Part shown: piece by piece, positions 10,158-19,750 of the stretch
How positions within the stretch are numbered: position 1 is the first letter of the stretch
Layout: every line of letters starts with the position of its first letter
NCBI GenBank assembly: GCA_964423265.1
Contig: CAYREF010000002.1
Location: forward strand, 16,704 to 80,703
Length of the DNA stretch: 64,000 nt
Source of the DNA: an uncultured Actinomycetota bacterium
GTDB taxonomy: Bacteria > Actinomycetota > Humimicrobiia > Humimicrobiales > Humimicrobiaceae
Reading direction: 5' to 3'
Program-made: the position numbers and the translations under genes
The notes under the pieces: generated by a model
Seen by the model: only the letters and a program-made list of their open reading frames with translations
Database searches by the model: none
What the model was told of the DNA's origin: nothing

Positions 10158-10275
10158 ATCTGTTTCCCTTCTATGCTGATAAAAGTTACCACTATTCTAT
10201 CAATATAAAATTAATAAACCTATAATTTTATTGAAAGTTATAGTAAAATTTCAAATAAATTAAAAAAGGCTTGGG

Positions 10276-11220
10276 ATGGATGAAAAATTTATTATAGATC
10301 TTTCTAATAATATAAGAGAGGCAGTGCTTCCCTATTTTGGAAAATCAAAATCAAAAAAGATTTCGGGAAAGTCAATAGGTGGCGACTCTACATTCTTGCT
10401 GGATGATATATCAGAAAATTTTCTAAAAACTTACCTTGAAAACAGCCTAGAAGATATTGCCTATTATTCAGAAGACAGGGGGCTGATAAAATTCGGCGAT
10501 CCTGATAACCTGCTAATAATCGACCCCATTGACGGAACCAGGGCTGCTGCTTGCGGCTTTGAATCGAGCTGTATTTCAATTGCTCTATCTAAATTCTGCA
10601 AACAGCCCAGGATAAAAGACCTTAAAATGGCTTGTATCCAGGAATTGAAGTCGGGAAAAATTTTTTTTGCTGCCAAGAATAGAGGCGTAAAAATAATTGC
10701 AAATGGCAAAAAGGCCAATCCCCGCCTGTCCAACCGCACGGAGATAGATTCGCTATTCTGGTCCATTGGCCTCAGGGGCAGGCCCATTGTCCCCCTTATT
10801 AGCGTGCTGGAAGAATTAATTGACGTGTCGAATTTCAATGGCACCCTTTTTTATATGGGCAGCGCTTCTTTTTCCATAACCAGAATTGTTACCGGCCAGC
10901 TGGACTGCTATATAGATATAGGGCACAGGATGGTAACTGATTATCCCATAATTGAAAAAAATTATCTAAAAGTAGGCCAGGGTAGCATAATCAACAATTA
11001 CCCCTATGACATTGCTGCCGGCTACCTTATACTCAAAGAGTCTGGGGGCATTATTACTGACGCTTACGGTAAGGACTTAGATGAGCACCCTCTGATGGGA
11101 ATAGGAAAAGAATACCAGTTGTCAACAGTGGCATCTTCAAACCCCAATCTCCACCGCATCCTTATCATGATGGTGGATAAGGGATTCAATAAATTGGAAG
11201 ATAACATATTAAAATATTAG
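10276..11220 (+). CDS. Inositol monophosphatase / fructose-1,6-bisphosphatase family protein
   Basis: Metal-binding motif IIDPIDGTRAAACGF and a size of 314 aa fit the IMPase/FBPase (SuhB-like) family. Confidence 0.7.
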   Translation: MDEKFIIDLSNNIREAVLPYFGKSKSKKISGKSIGGDSTFLLDDISENFLKTYLENSLEDIAYYSEDRGLIKFGDPDNLLIIDPIDGTRAAACGFESSCISIALSKFCKQPRIKDLKMACIQELKSGKIFFAAKNRGVKIIANGKKANPRLSNRTEIDSLFWSIGLRGRPIVPLISVLEELIDVSNFNGTLFYMGSASFSITRIVTGQLDCYIDIGHRMVTDYPIIEKNYLKVGQGSIINNYPYDIAAGYLILKESGGIITDAYGKDLDEHPLMGIGKEYQLSTVASSNPNLHRILIMMVDKGFNKLEDNILKY

Positions 11221-11221
11221 C

Positions 11222-11905
11222 ATGATAAATTTTTTAATTGAAAAAGTAGGATTTGCCGTATGCCATCAAATTACCAGCCGGTGCCTTACCTTTGGAAAAA
11301 TTAATTTGCCCATATGTGCAAGATGCAGCGGTATTTATTTAGGATTCTTAATTACGGCAGCAATACTATTCTCCATGTATCGGAGGAAGGAGAGCAACCT
11401 CCCTCCCCTATGGGTTAAGATAGCCCTGGTTATATTTATAATTTCTACTATTATTGACGGCTTGCTCTCTTATCTTAATTTAATTCCCACCAATAATAAT
11501 ATTAGGTTTGTAACCGGCTTTTTATGCGGTTCAGGGATTATGATTATAATTTATCCCGTATTTGTATTCCAGTATTACAGGCAAGCAAGCGAGAAAAAAA
11601 TTTTTGCCAGTTTGTTAAAATTTATTGTATATATAGTAATAATTTCTGCTTTTATGGGGCTAACGCTTACCAGGTTTTCTATATTGGGTTACCTGTACTA
11701 CTATCTCAGTGCTTTTTCTGTGGTTTTTACCTTTTATTTTATAAACCTAACCATGATTCTCCTGGTTCCCCCTTTTGCTCAAAAGGCAAACAAGCTTGCT
11801 TCCAAGTACCTGGTGCTTCCTTCAGTGGCCGCAATAGGGTTTATGGTATTTGAGCTTTTTATCTCTTATAAAATACATCAGGTTGCAGCCAGCCTGGTTA
11901 CATGA
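11222..11905 (+). CDS. DUF2085 family membrane protein (paralog of 8459..9130)
   Basis: CHQITSRCLTF...CARCSGIYLG shows the same CHQ...R...C.RC.GIY motif as the other copy. Confidence 0.6.
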   Translation: MINFLIEKVGFAVCHQITSRCLTFGKINLPICARCSGIYLGFLITAAILFSMYRRKESNLPPLWVKIALVIFIISTIIDGLLSYLNLIPTNNNIRFVTGFLCGSGIMIIIYPVFVFQYYRQASEKKIFASLLKFIVYIVIISAFMGLTLTRFSILGYLYYYLSAFSVVFTFYFINLTMILLVPPFAQKANKLASKYLVLPSVAAIGFMVFELFISYKIHQVAASLVT

Positions 11906-12530
11906 GATTCAAAAAATTATACCTGTTGAATATAAATAGGGCCACAATAGCAGAAATGGCTGCCCCCATTACAACCTGCATTATGGTATGTCTCTTTATT
12001 TTCACCCTAGCCCATCCAATTAAGAGTATAAGCAGTAGCAGCAGGAGCATCCACCGCCCGAATAAAATATAAAAGGATATAGAAGTTATAGTTATCCAGC
12101 TGGTATGAAAGCTTATCTTCCAGAAGTAGGTAATGGTGGTAAGAATTACTGCATTAATGAGGCTTAAGGCAAATATTGCCTTTAAAAAAACTGGGGCCCC
12201 CAAAACGTAAAGTACAAAAAACCCCATTACATAGCTAATTATTGCTACAATTAGCGGCTTTATCCTGTTTTCTTTCTTGGGCAAATGGATATCGTATACC
12301 AGTTTTTTGCGAAATAATATGAATATGTAAAGAAAGGGTATAATGGTGGCAAAAATCAGACAGAGTATTGCCCAGCCTAGGGCTAGAAACACATTATCCA
12401 CTATCCTCAGGCAAATAATAATAAACACAGGAATTGATATATAGGAACCGTCAAATATATATGATAATGTTCTAGCAAATTTATTCATGACTTCTATTAT
12501 AATCGAAACTCCTATACATTTTAAACACAT
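11898..12530 (-). CDS. Polytopic membrane protein, PAP2-like (tentative)
   Basis: SFHTSW and RVKIKRHTIMQV resemble PAP2 motifs 2 and 3. Motif 1 is not clear. Confidence 0.35.
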   Translation of the reverse strand: MCLKCIGVSIIIEVMNKFARTLSYIFDGSYISIPVFIIICLRIVDNVFLALGWAILCLIFATIIPFLYIFILFRKKLVYDIHLPKKENRIKPLIVAIISYVMGFFVLYVLGAPVFLKAIFALSLINAVILTTITYFWKISFHTSWITITSISFYILFGRWMLLLLLLILLIGWARVKIKRHTIMQVVMGAAISAIVALFIFNRYNFLNLM

Positions 12531-12604
12531 ATTTTTAAGCTGTTTATTGACAGCAAATTAAAAGAATGGTAGTTTTTAATCCTGTTTAGGAAATAGGGTA
12601 GAAA

Positions 12605-13771
12605 ATGGCTAAGCATCCACATTATATATATTTTGACCACAGCGCTACCACTCCCGTGCTGGATGAAGTTTCCGAACATGTAAATAAATATTTTACAAAA
12701 ATTTATGGTAATGCTTCTGAACCGCATGCTCCTGGAAGAAAAGCAAAACTGGTTCTGGAAGAATCCAGGTCTGTGGTTGCCAGTGCCCTGGGAGCAAAAC
12801 CAGGTGAAATAATTTTTACTGGCGGGGGGACTGAAAGCAATAATATTGCTATTTTCGGGACAACTGAAGCATGCAGAAAGAAGGGAAACCATATAATAAC
12901 CTCAGATATAGAACACCCTTCGGTGCAAATGCCCATAAAGTGGCTTGAGGGAAAGGGTTTTAAGATCACTTATATCCCAGTAGACAGGTATGGGATGGTG
13001 GATCCCGTAAAGGTAAAAAAAGCAATCACTGCCGAAACTGTCTTGGTTAGCATAATGCATGCTAATAATGTTTTTGGAACTATCCAGCCTATTGCAAAAA
13101 TTGCTAGCTTCTTAAAATCTGAAAGAATAATATTCCATACTGATGCGGTGCAGAGTTTTTGCAATGTCCGCTCCAAAGTAGATGAGCTGGGTGTTGATCT
13201 GCTTTCTGTTTCAGGCCATAAAATATACGGGCCAAAAGGTATAGGAGCACTATATATCAGGAAAGGGGTAAAAATTTCCCCTTTTATGTTCGGGGGTGGC
13301 CAGGAGCAAGGCATAAGACCAGGAACTGAAAACATACCTGGATTAGCAGGCCTAGCTAAAGCAACTGAAATAGCCCAAAAAAAATTAGTTGAGAAAGTGG
13401 TGAGATTGACCTTTCTAAGGGAGTACTTGATAGAAGGGATGCTTAAGAGAATAAACGGCATAAAATTATGTGGCCATCCAGTAAAAAGGCTTCCTGGTAA
13501 CTGTAACTTTACCATTAAAGGTGTTACTGGCCAGGCCATGGTTTCAGAACTGGATAAAGCAGGTATTGCAGTTTCAGGAGGCTCGGCATGTTCTTCTTCC
13601 TCCGGGCAGCCCCCAGAAGCCCTGCTTGCCATGGGATTAAGCTGCGAAGAGGCATATGGGTCAATCAGGGTAACACTGGGGTTTGAAAACACCATAGAGG
13701 AAATTGATTACTTTCTGGAAGTGTTTCCAGCAATTGTGGAAAGCATCAAGGCAGACAATACCGTTTACTGA
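12605..13771 (+). CDS. nifS: Cysteine desulfurase (NifS/IscS class V aminotransferase)
   Basis: FDHSATTPV N-terminus, PLP-lysine motif SVSGHKIYGPKGIGALY, and a catalytic cysteine loop SGGSACSS. Confidence 0.85.
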   Translation: MAKHPHYIYFDHSATTPVLDEVSEHVNKYFTKIYGNASEPHAPGRKAKLVLEESRSVVASALGAKPGEIIFTGGGTESNNIAIFGTTEACRKKGNHIITSDIEHPSVQMPIKWLEGKGFKITYIPVDRYGMVDPVKVKKAITAETVLVSIMHANNVFGTIQPIAKIASFLKSERIIFHTDAVQSFCNVRSKVDELGVDLLSVSGHKIYGPKGIGALYIRKGVKISPFMFGGGQEQGIRPGTENIPGLAGLAKATEIAQKKLVEKVVRLTFLREYLIEGMLKRINGIKLCGHPVKRLPGNCNFTIKGVTGQAMVSELDKAGIAVSGGSACSSSSGQPPEALLAMGLSCEEAYGSIRVTLGFENTIEEIDYFLEVFPAIVESIKADNTVY

Positions 13772-13846
13772 TTCCATTAATTAACCATTTTAATTTAAAT
13801 TAAAATTCTATTAGAATATAATCAACAATAAAAGCATGGAGGGAAT

Positions 13847-14164
13847 ATGGACAATAAAAAAATAACCGGTGAAGAGGTATATGAAGCCCTATCCGAAGTC
13901 TATGATCCTGAAATTCCCATAAACATTGTTGACTTGGGGTTGATATATAATGTTTCAGTGGATGAGAAAAACAATGTAGATGTTGATATGACCATGACAG
14001 TCCGGGGATGCCCGATGCATGCCATGATTACCCAACAAGCCAAAAAGAAAGTAGAAGAACTTGAAGGCGTGGGCAATGTTAATGTTAAGCTGGTATGGGA
14101 CCCCCCTTGGACTCCAGATAGGATTTCAAAAGAGGCCAAGAAAAAGCTACAAAAAAGGGGGTAA
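13847..14164 (+). CDS. DUF59/MIP18-family Fe-S assembly protein (SufT-like)
   Basis: 105 aa. VYDPEIPINIVDLGLIY and the TMT...GCPM motif typify DUF59. Confidence 0.7.
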   Translation: MDNKKITGEEVYEALSEVYDPEIPINIVDLGLIYNVSVDEKNNVDVDMTMTVRGCPMHAMITQQAKKKVEELEGVGNVNVKLVWDPPWTPDRISKEAKKKLQKRG

Positions 14165-14166
14165 GG

Positions 14167-15903
14167 ATTACATCTTTAAGGCTATATGCAGCCCAAATAA
14201 ATCCTACTGTTGGGGACTTTGAAGGCAATTACAAAATAATTAAAAACTTTATAGATGACGCCAAAAGCAAACAGGCAGACATTATTGCTTTTCCGGAGCT
14301 GTCACTGACCGGTTATCCCCCTGAAGATTTGCTTTTAAAGCCGGCTTTCATTGAGGATAACTTAAAATATTTAGAAAAGGTGAAAGAGCTCTCTGAAAAT
14401 ATTGTAGTAATATTGGGCTTTGCCAACAGGGACCAGTACTTATATAATTCAGCGGCAGTAATGCACAATGGACAAATAGTTTCTACCTATAACAAACAAT
14501 TCCTTCCAAATTATTCAGTTTTTGACGAGGAGAGGTATTTTCAGAAAGGCAGCAAAAATTTGGTTTATGCACTTGGGGATATCCTGGTAGGGGTAAACAT
14601 TTGTGAAGATATTTATTATTCTTCTGGTCCCACCAAAGCTCAGGCTATATTGGGTGGAGCAAAATTAATCATTAATATTTCTGCTTCTCCATACCATATA
14701 GGCAAAAGCTTTGAAAGGGAAAAAATACTTTTTACCAGGGCAGTGGATAATAGGGTTAATATAATGTATGTAAACATGGTTGGGGGCCAGGATGAGCTTG
14801 TGTTTGACGGCAGTAGCTTAATAATGGATGAAAAAGGCCAAATCCTAGCAAAAGCCAAATCTTTTGATCAAGATGCAGTGGTGTTTGACCTTGATACTTC
14901 CAATGTTGCAACTTCCAGGCTCCAGGATCCAAAATACAAAAATCAGCGGTCTAAAATGTCTGAAAAAGATACTCCTGTGTTCATAGTGAATATTAAACAT
15001 AGCATAAAGGATAAAAAAAAGCTGGCCATTAAAAAAGAGAGCAATCACACATATATTAAAGAACAAGAAGTGTTTAAAGCATTAATGCTGGGCACCAGGG
15101 ATTATGTTCTAAAGAATATATTCAAGAAAGTAGTACTGGGCTTAAGCGGAGGCATAGACTCGGCACTGGTCGCTACAGTTGCCGCGTTTTCCCTGGGTAA
15201 GGAAAATGTTACTGCAGCTATGATGCCTTCTTTGTTTTCTTCTGAATCCAGTATAAAGGATTCTGAAAAATTAATTAAAAACCTGGGAATAAATAAAGTA
15301 ACCATTCCTATAACTGGAATCTACAAAAGCTACCTTGAAAGCCTAAAGGGACAGCTAAAAACAGGGGAAATAAATATAACAAAGGAAAATATCCAAGCCA
15401 GGGTTAGGGGAAATATCCTGATGGCCATAGCAAATGAATATAACTGGCTAGTGCTCGCCACTGGAAACAAAAGCGAGATTAGCGTCGGGTACTGCACTCT
15501 ATATGGAGATATGGTAGGGGGATTTTCTCCCATTAAGGACGTTTATAAAACAATGGTTTACAGCATCTGTAAATATATTAACAAAAGATACAATGGATTA
15601 ATTCCTGAGAATATAATATCCAAAGCCCCTTCAGCAGAATTAAAACCTGAGCAGAAGGATGAAGACAGTCTACCAAAATACGGGCTTCTGGACTCTATCC
15701 TTAAGGCTTATATAGAAGAAGAAAAGAATTTTTCTGAGATAATAAATATGGGTTTTGAAAAAGAACTGGTAAAATCAGTAATTAATATGGTTGATTTTAA
15801 TGAATATAAGAGAAGGCAAGGTGCCCCAGGTATAAAAATTACTTCCAGGGCATTTGGAAAAGACAGGAGATATCCCATAACTAATAAATTTAAATTGCCT
15901 TAA
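14167..15903 (+). CDS. nadE: Glutamine-dependent NAD+ synthetase (N-terminal nitrilase/CN-hydrolase domain plus NAD synthetase domain); start codon unclear
   Basis: The C-terminal domain has GLSGGIDSALVA (PP-loop). The CN-hydrolase N-terminus LRLYAAQINPTVGDFEGN...AFPELSLTGYPPEDL lies upstream of the ORF-track TTG at 14329. No ATG, GTG or TTG is in frame there, only an ATT at 14167 preceded by AAGGGGG. Confidence 0.8.
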   Translation: MTSLRLYAAQINPTVGDFEGNYKIIKNFIDDAKSKQADIIAFPELSLTGYPPEDLLLKPAFIEDNLKYLEKVKELSENIVVILGFANRDQYLYNSAAVMHNGQIVSTYNKQFLPNYSVFDEERYFQKGSKNLVYALGDILVGVNICEDIYYSSGPTKAQAILGGAKLIINISASPYHIGKSFEREKILFTRAVDNRVNIMYVNMVGGQDELVFDGSSLIMDEKGQILAKAKSFDQDAVVFDLDTSNVATSRLQDPKYKNQRSKMSEKDTPVFIVNIKHSIKDKKKLAIKKESNHTYIKEQEVFKALMLGTRDYVLKNIFKKVVLGLSGGIDSALVATVAAFSLGKENVTAAMMPSLFSSESSIKDSEKLIKNLGINKVTIPITGIYKSYLESLKGQLKTGEINITKENIQARVRGNILMAIANEYNWLVLATGNKSEISVGYCTLYGDMVGGFSPIKDVYKTMVYSICKYINKRYNGLIPENIISKAPSAELKPEQKDEDSLPKYGLLDSILKAYIEEEKNFSEIINMGFEKELVKSVINMVDFNEYKRRQGAPGIKITSRAFGKDRRYPITNKFKLP

Positions 15904-15964
15904 GACACTCTATCTGGTTAAATTTTTAGCTAATTATGTTATTTTTACTTTTAAAGTTTTAGAC

Positions 15965-16618
15965 ATGGAAATATTATTACACTCAAAAAATAAAAATAAT
16001 ATTGAAAATATCCAGAAATTAATAAAAGGATCCCTAGTAGTAAATGTTGCTAAAGAAAATGAGTTAGATAATTTGAAAAAATATCAGCTGCTTCTGGTTG
16101 ATATAACTGGCAAAGACTCTGGTCCTCCTTTTCTAAAAAATTATACCACTGCCATAAACAAGGCCAAAATTCCTACTATACTAATCCTTAAAAGAAGCCA
16201 GCTTAACTTGCTTGACGGTCTCGACTTTTTGTTAGATGACTTTGTCTTAGAAAAACAGGTTACCAGTGAATTAGAGTCCAGAATAAGGCTTACCCTTTTT
16301 AACAAGAAGGGAATTTCCCTAAAGAACAGCATAGTAGTTGACAGTCTGGTATTAAACCTTGATAAATACGAGCTAATGGTTGACAAGCAGCCAATAGAGC
16401 TTACCTTCAAGGAATATGAGCTGCTAAGGCTGCTTTTAGAAAATCAGGACAAGGTCTTTTCCAGGAAAAAACTTCTCTCTATTATCTGGGAGTATGACTA
16501 TTATGGCGGCAGTAGGACTGTTGATGTCCATATTAGAAGGTTGCGCTCAAAACTTCCCTCCCCCTACCACCTTATGATAAAAACTGTAAGGAATGTCGGT
16601 TACATGTTCTCTTCTTAA
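15965..16618 (+). CDS. OmpR/PhoB-family winged-helix regulator with degenerate (pseudo-)receiver domain
   Basis: C-terminal ELTFKEYELLRLLLENQDKVFSRKKLL...RTVDVHIRRLRSKL is a classical OmpR trans_reg_C domain. The N-terminal receiver lacks the DD acidic pocket (MEILLHSKNKNN) but keeps an LLLVD aspartate. Confidence 0.7.
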   Translation: MEILLHSKNKNNIENIQKLIKGSLVVNVAKENELDNLKKYQLLLVDITGKDSGPPFLKNYTTAINKAKIPTILILKRSQLNLLDGLDFLLDDFVLEKQVTSELESRIRLTLFNKKGISLKNSIVVDSLVLNLDKYELMVDKQPIELTFKEYELLRLLLENQDKVFSRKKLLSIIWEYDYYGGSRTVDVHIRRLRSKLPSPYHLMIKTVRNVGYMFSS

Positions 16619-16705
16619 AGTTTACAAAGATTTAACCTTCCCTTAACTTTCTTGAAATAATTTAATATTAGAATGTCTCCAATTAAATAAAAACAGGAGG
16701 CGTTT

Positions 16706-17947
16706 ATGGACACGATTTGGATTCTGCTGGCTACTTTTTTAGTTTTTTTCATGCAGGCAGGGTTTGCAATGGTAGAAGTTGGCTTTACCAGGGCTAAAAA
16801 TGCAGTAAATATTTTAATGAAGAATTTAATGGATTTTTCTCTTGGAGTATTGGTATTTTTCTTTTTAGGCTACGGGCTGATGTTTGGAACAGATATTGGG
16901 GGGTTTATTGGAAGAGACGGTTTCCTGCTTTCTATTATCAACCCTGCCAATACAAGCAACTTTGCCTTATGGATTTTCCAGGCTGTTTTTGCAGCAACTG
17001 CAGCCACCATCGTTTCAGGGGCTATGGCAGAAAGAACCCGGTTTAGGAGTTATCTGGTTTATACAGTTTTCTTAACAGCGTTAATTTACCCAATAGTGGG
17101 ACACTGGATTTGGGGTGGCGGGTGGCTTTCTTCTTTAGGGATGATTGATTTTGCAGGTTCAACAGTTGTCCATTCGGTGGGAGGCTGGGCTGCCCTTGCT
17201 GGAGCTCTTATTTTAGGTCCAAGATATGGCAAATATGGACCTGATGGCACCTCGAGAGCTATTCCCGGCCACAACATATCATTGGCCGCATTAGGCGTAT
17301 TTATATTATGGTTTGGCTGGTTTGGCTTTAACTGCGGCTCCACATTATCCGGTTCCAGCCAGGCATTATCCACGGTGGCAGTTACCACAACTTTAGCTGC
17401 TGCCAGTGGGGCCACGGCTTCTATGTTTTTTGTATGGGTAAGATACAAAAAGCCAGACGTATCTATGACCTTAAACGGGGCTTTAGCGGGACTGGTAGCA
17501 ATAACTGCCGGCTGCGCAGTAGTTTCCCCGTTTAGTGCCATTATAATTGGTATTATTGCTGGAGTTATTTGCCCAGTATTTGTAGAAATATTTGACAAGA
17601 AATTAAGAATAGATGATCCTGTTGGCGCTATTTCAGTCCACGGCATTTGTGGGGCTTTTGGCACTCTTGCTGTAGGTTTATTCGCCCAGGCGGATTATGC
17701 AGAAATTGGCGGGTTTGGCAATATATCTGGTCTTTTCTTCGGCGGAGGAGCAGGTCTTCTTCTCACCCAGCTTATAGGAGTTATAAGTGTTTTTGCCTGG
17801 ACCTTCGGGAGTATGCTATTAATTTTCTTTGTTCTAAGTAAAATTATAGGCCTAAGAGTTTCTAGGGAAACTGAGTTAAAAGGGCTAGATATAGAAGAGC
17901 ATGCGATGGAAGCTTACTCAGGATTTCAAATATTTAACAATGATTAG
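16706..17947 (+). CDS. amtB: Ammonium transporter (Amt family)
   Basis: [27 protein letters not shown] and the conserved twin-His and Phe-gate regions. 413 aa. Confidence 0.9.
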   Translation: MDTIWILLATFLVFFMQAGFAMVEVGFTRAKNAVNILMKNLMDFSLGVLVFFFLGYGLMFGTDIGGFIGRDGFLLSIINPANTSNFALWIFQAVFAATAATIVSGAMAERTRFRSYLVYTVFLTALIYPIVGHWIWGGGWLSSLGMIDFAGSTVVHSVGGWAALAGALILGPRYGKYGPDGTSRAIPGHNISLAALGVFILWFGWFGFNCGSTLSGSSQALSTVAVTTTLAAASGATASMFFVWVRYKKPDVSMTLNGALAGLVAITAGCAVVSPFSAIIIGIIAGVICPVFVEIFDKKLRIDDPVGAISVHGICGAFGTLAVGLFAQADYAEIGGFGNISGLFFGGGAGLLLTQLIGVISVFAWTFGSMLLIFFVLSKIIGLRVSRETELKGLDIEEHAMEAYSGFQIFNND

Positions 17948-17958
17948 AGGAGGAAACT

Positions 17959-18300
17959 ATGAAATTAATAATAGCAATGATTCAGCCACACCGGCTGCCA
18001 GATGTAAAAAAAGCTTTATTTGAAAACGAGATACACAAGATGACAGTAACTAATGTCCTTGGCTGCGGACAGCAAAAAGGTTTTACAGAAACTTACCGAG
18101 GAGTCATAACAGAAGTAAATTTGTTAAAGAAAGTAAGGCTTGAGATCGCAGTAAATGACAAATTTGTAGAACCAACCATTAAAGCCATAAAGAAAGGAGC
18201 TTATACAGGAAATATTGGTGATGGCAAGATTTTTATACTAGACCTACAAAGATGCATCAGGATAAGGACTGGAGAGGAAGGAAAAGAAGCAATTGGCTGA
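17959..18300 (+). CDS. glnK: P-II nitrogen regulatory protein
   Basis: 113 aa. The T-loop [14 protein letters not shown] contains Tyr and is a typical PII fold sequence. Located directly downstream of amt. Confidence 0.85.
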   Translation: MKLIIAMIQPHRLPDVKKALFENEIHKMTVTNVLGCGQQKGFTETYRGVITEVNLLKKVRLEIAVNDKFVEPTIKAIKKGAYTGNIGDGKIFILDLQRCIRIRTGEEGKEAIG

Positions 18301-18376
18301 GATTTTACATAGATTTAACATAACTATGTAAAATTTTAGGGTATAATAACAATCAAATTTAATTTTAGGAGGAAAC

Positions 18377-19714
18377 ATGACAAAAAATGATGAAATGAAA
18401 GAATATGTTTTAAAGAAAGCAAAGGATAATGGCATTAAATTTATTAGGCTATGGTTTACTGACGTTCAGGGATTTTTAAAAAGTTTTGCCATCACAGTTG
18501 AGGAACTGGAAGGAGCTTTAGAGGAAGGCATGGGGTTTGATGGGTCATCCATTGAAGGTTTTTCAAGAATTGAAGAAAGTGATGTAATTGCCATGCCTGA
18601 CCCCAATACTTTCCAGATACTTCCCTGGAGCCCAAAGGAGCATGGGGTTGCCAGGATGTTTTGTGACATTTTAAATCCTGACGGGACACCCTTTGAAGGC
18701 GATCCCAGGGGAGTATTAAGAAGAATTTTAGAAAAAGCAAAAAACCTAGGTTATACATTCTATGTGGGCCCGGAACTGGAATTTTTTTATTTTAAATCCG
18801 ACGTTGGAATGCCGGAAATACTGGATAAGGGCGGTTACTTCGACTTAACCACCCTGGATGTAGCCAGCGGCTTAAGGAGGGATACTGTACTATTTCTGGA
18901 AGCTATGGGCATAGGCGTAGAATATTCCCACCACGAAGTTGCGCCATCCCAGCATGAAATTGATCTTAGGTATACTGATGCCTTAACCATGGCAGACAAT
19001 GCAATGACTTACAGGCTAATAGTAAAGGAAGTTGCAACCAGGCATGAAGTTTATGCAACCTTTATGCCCAAACCTATATTTGGGGTAAACGGAAGCGGGA
19101 TGCATACCCACCAGTCTCTATTTAAGGGAGATCAAAACTTATTTTATGACCCTAGTGACAAATACCATTTATCAAGCGAAGGAAAAAGCTATATAGCTGG
19201 AATTCTCAAGCATTCCAAGGAAATAGTTGCAATAACTAACCAGTGGGTAAATTCATACAAAAGGCTGGTCCCCGGATATGAAGCTCCTGTTTACATATCA
19301 TGGGCAAGGAGAAATAGGTCTACCCTGGTAAGGGTTCCTATGTATAAACCAGGAAAAGAAAAATCTATGAGGGTGGAATTCAGGTGTCCTGACCCTGCAT
19401 GCAATCCCTATCTTGCATTTAGCGTTATGCTTGCTGCAGGATTGGAAGGCATGGAAAAAAATCTCCCACTCCCAGACCCCATAGAGAAAAACATATTTGA
19501 AATGGATGAAATAAGAAGAGAAGAAGCTGGCATTGAAACTCTTCCCAATAACCTATTTGAAGCAGTTAGGCTTATGGAAGAAAGTAAGCTGGTTAAAGAA
19601 ACTCTGGGAGACCACATTTTCGAAAAATTCATAGATAACAAAAAAATTGAATGGGATAGGTATAGAACCCATGTTTCAAATTATGAATTAGAAAATTATC
19701 TGTCTGTACTATAG
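18377..19714 (+). CDS. glnA: Glutamine synthetase type I
   Basis: 445 aa with GS signatures (FDGSSIEGF, KPIFGVNGSGMHTHQS) and type I C-terminal regions. Confidence 0.9.
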   Translation: MTKNDEMKEYVLKKAKDNGIKFIRLWFTDVQGFLKSFAITVEELEGALEEGMGFDGSSIEGFSRIEESDVIAMPDPNTFQILPWSPKEHGVARMFCDILNPDGTPFEGDPRGVLRRILEKAKNLGYTFYVGPELEFFYFKSDVGMPEILDKGGYFDLTTLDVASGLRRDTVLFLEAMGIGVEYSHHEVAPSQHEIDLRYTDALTMADNAMTYRLIVKEVATRHEVYATFMPKPIFGVNGSGMHTHQSLFKGDQNLFYDPSDKYHLSSEGKSYIAGILKHSKEIVAITNQWVNSYKRLVPGYEAPVYISWARRNRSTLVRVPMYKPGKEKSMRVEFRCPDPACNPYLAFSVMLAAGLEGMEKNLPLPDPIEKNIFEMDEIRREEAGIETLPNNLFEAVRLMEESKLVKETLGDHIFEKFIDNKKIEWDRYRTHVSNYELENYLSVL

Positions 19715-19721
19715 GAACAGA

Positions 19722-19750
19722 AAAGCGGGCTTGCAGGCCCGCTTTTTCAT
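19722..19750. terminator. Rho-independent terminator after glnA, potentially bidirectional
   Basis: The GC-rich hairpin AAAAGCGGGCTTGCAGGCCCGCTTTTT is flanked by an A-run and a T-run. Confidence 0.6.

Noticed and set aside
12970-13695. 241-aa minus-strand ORF antisense to the cysteine desulfurase gene
   Set aside because: Pro/Ser-rich with no motifs. It is fully embedded in nifS, and the GC-richer coding region creates a long open antisense frame.
17086-17664. 192-aa minus-strand ORF antisense to amtB
   Set aside because: Same reasoning: an Ala/Pro-rich antisense frame of a GC-richer, highly conserved transporter gene.
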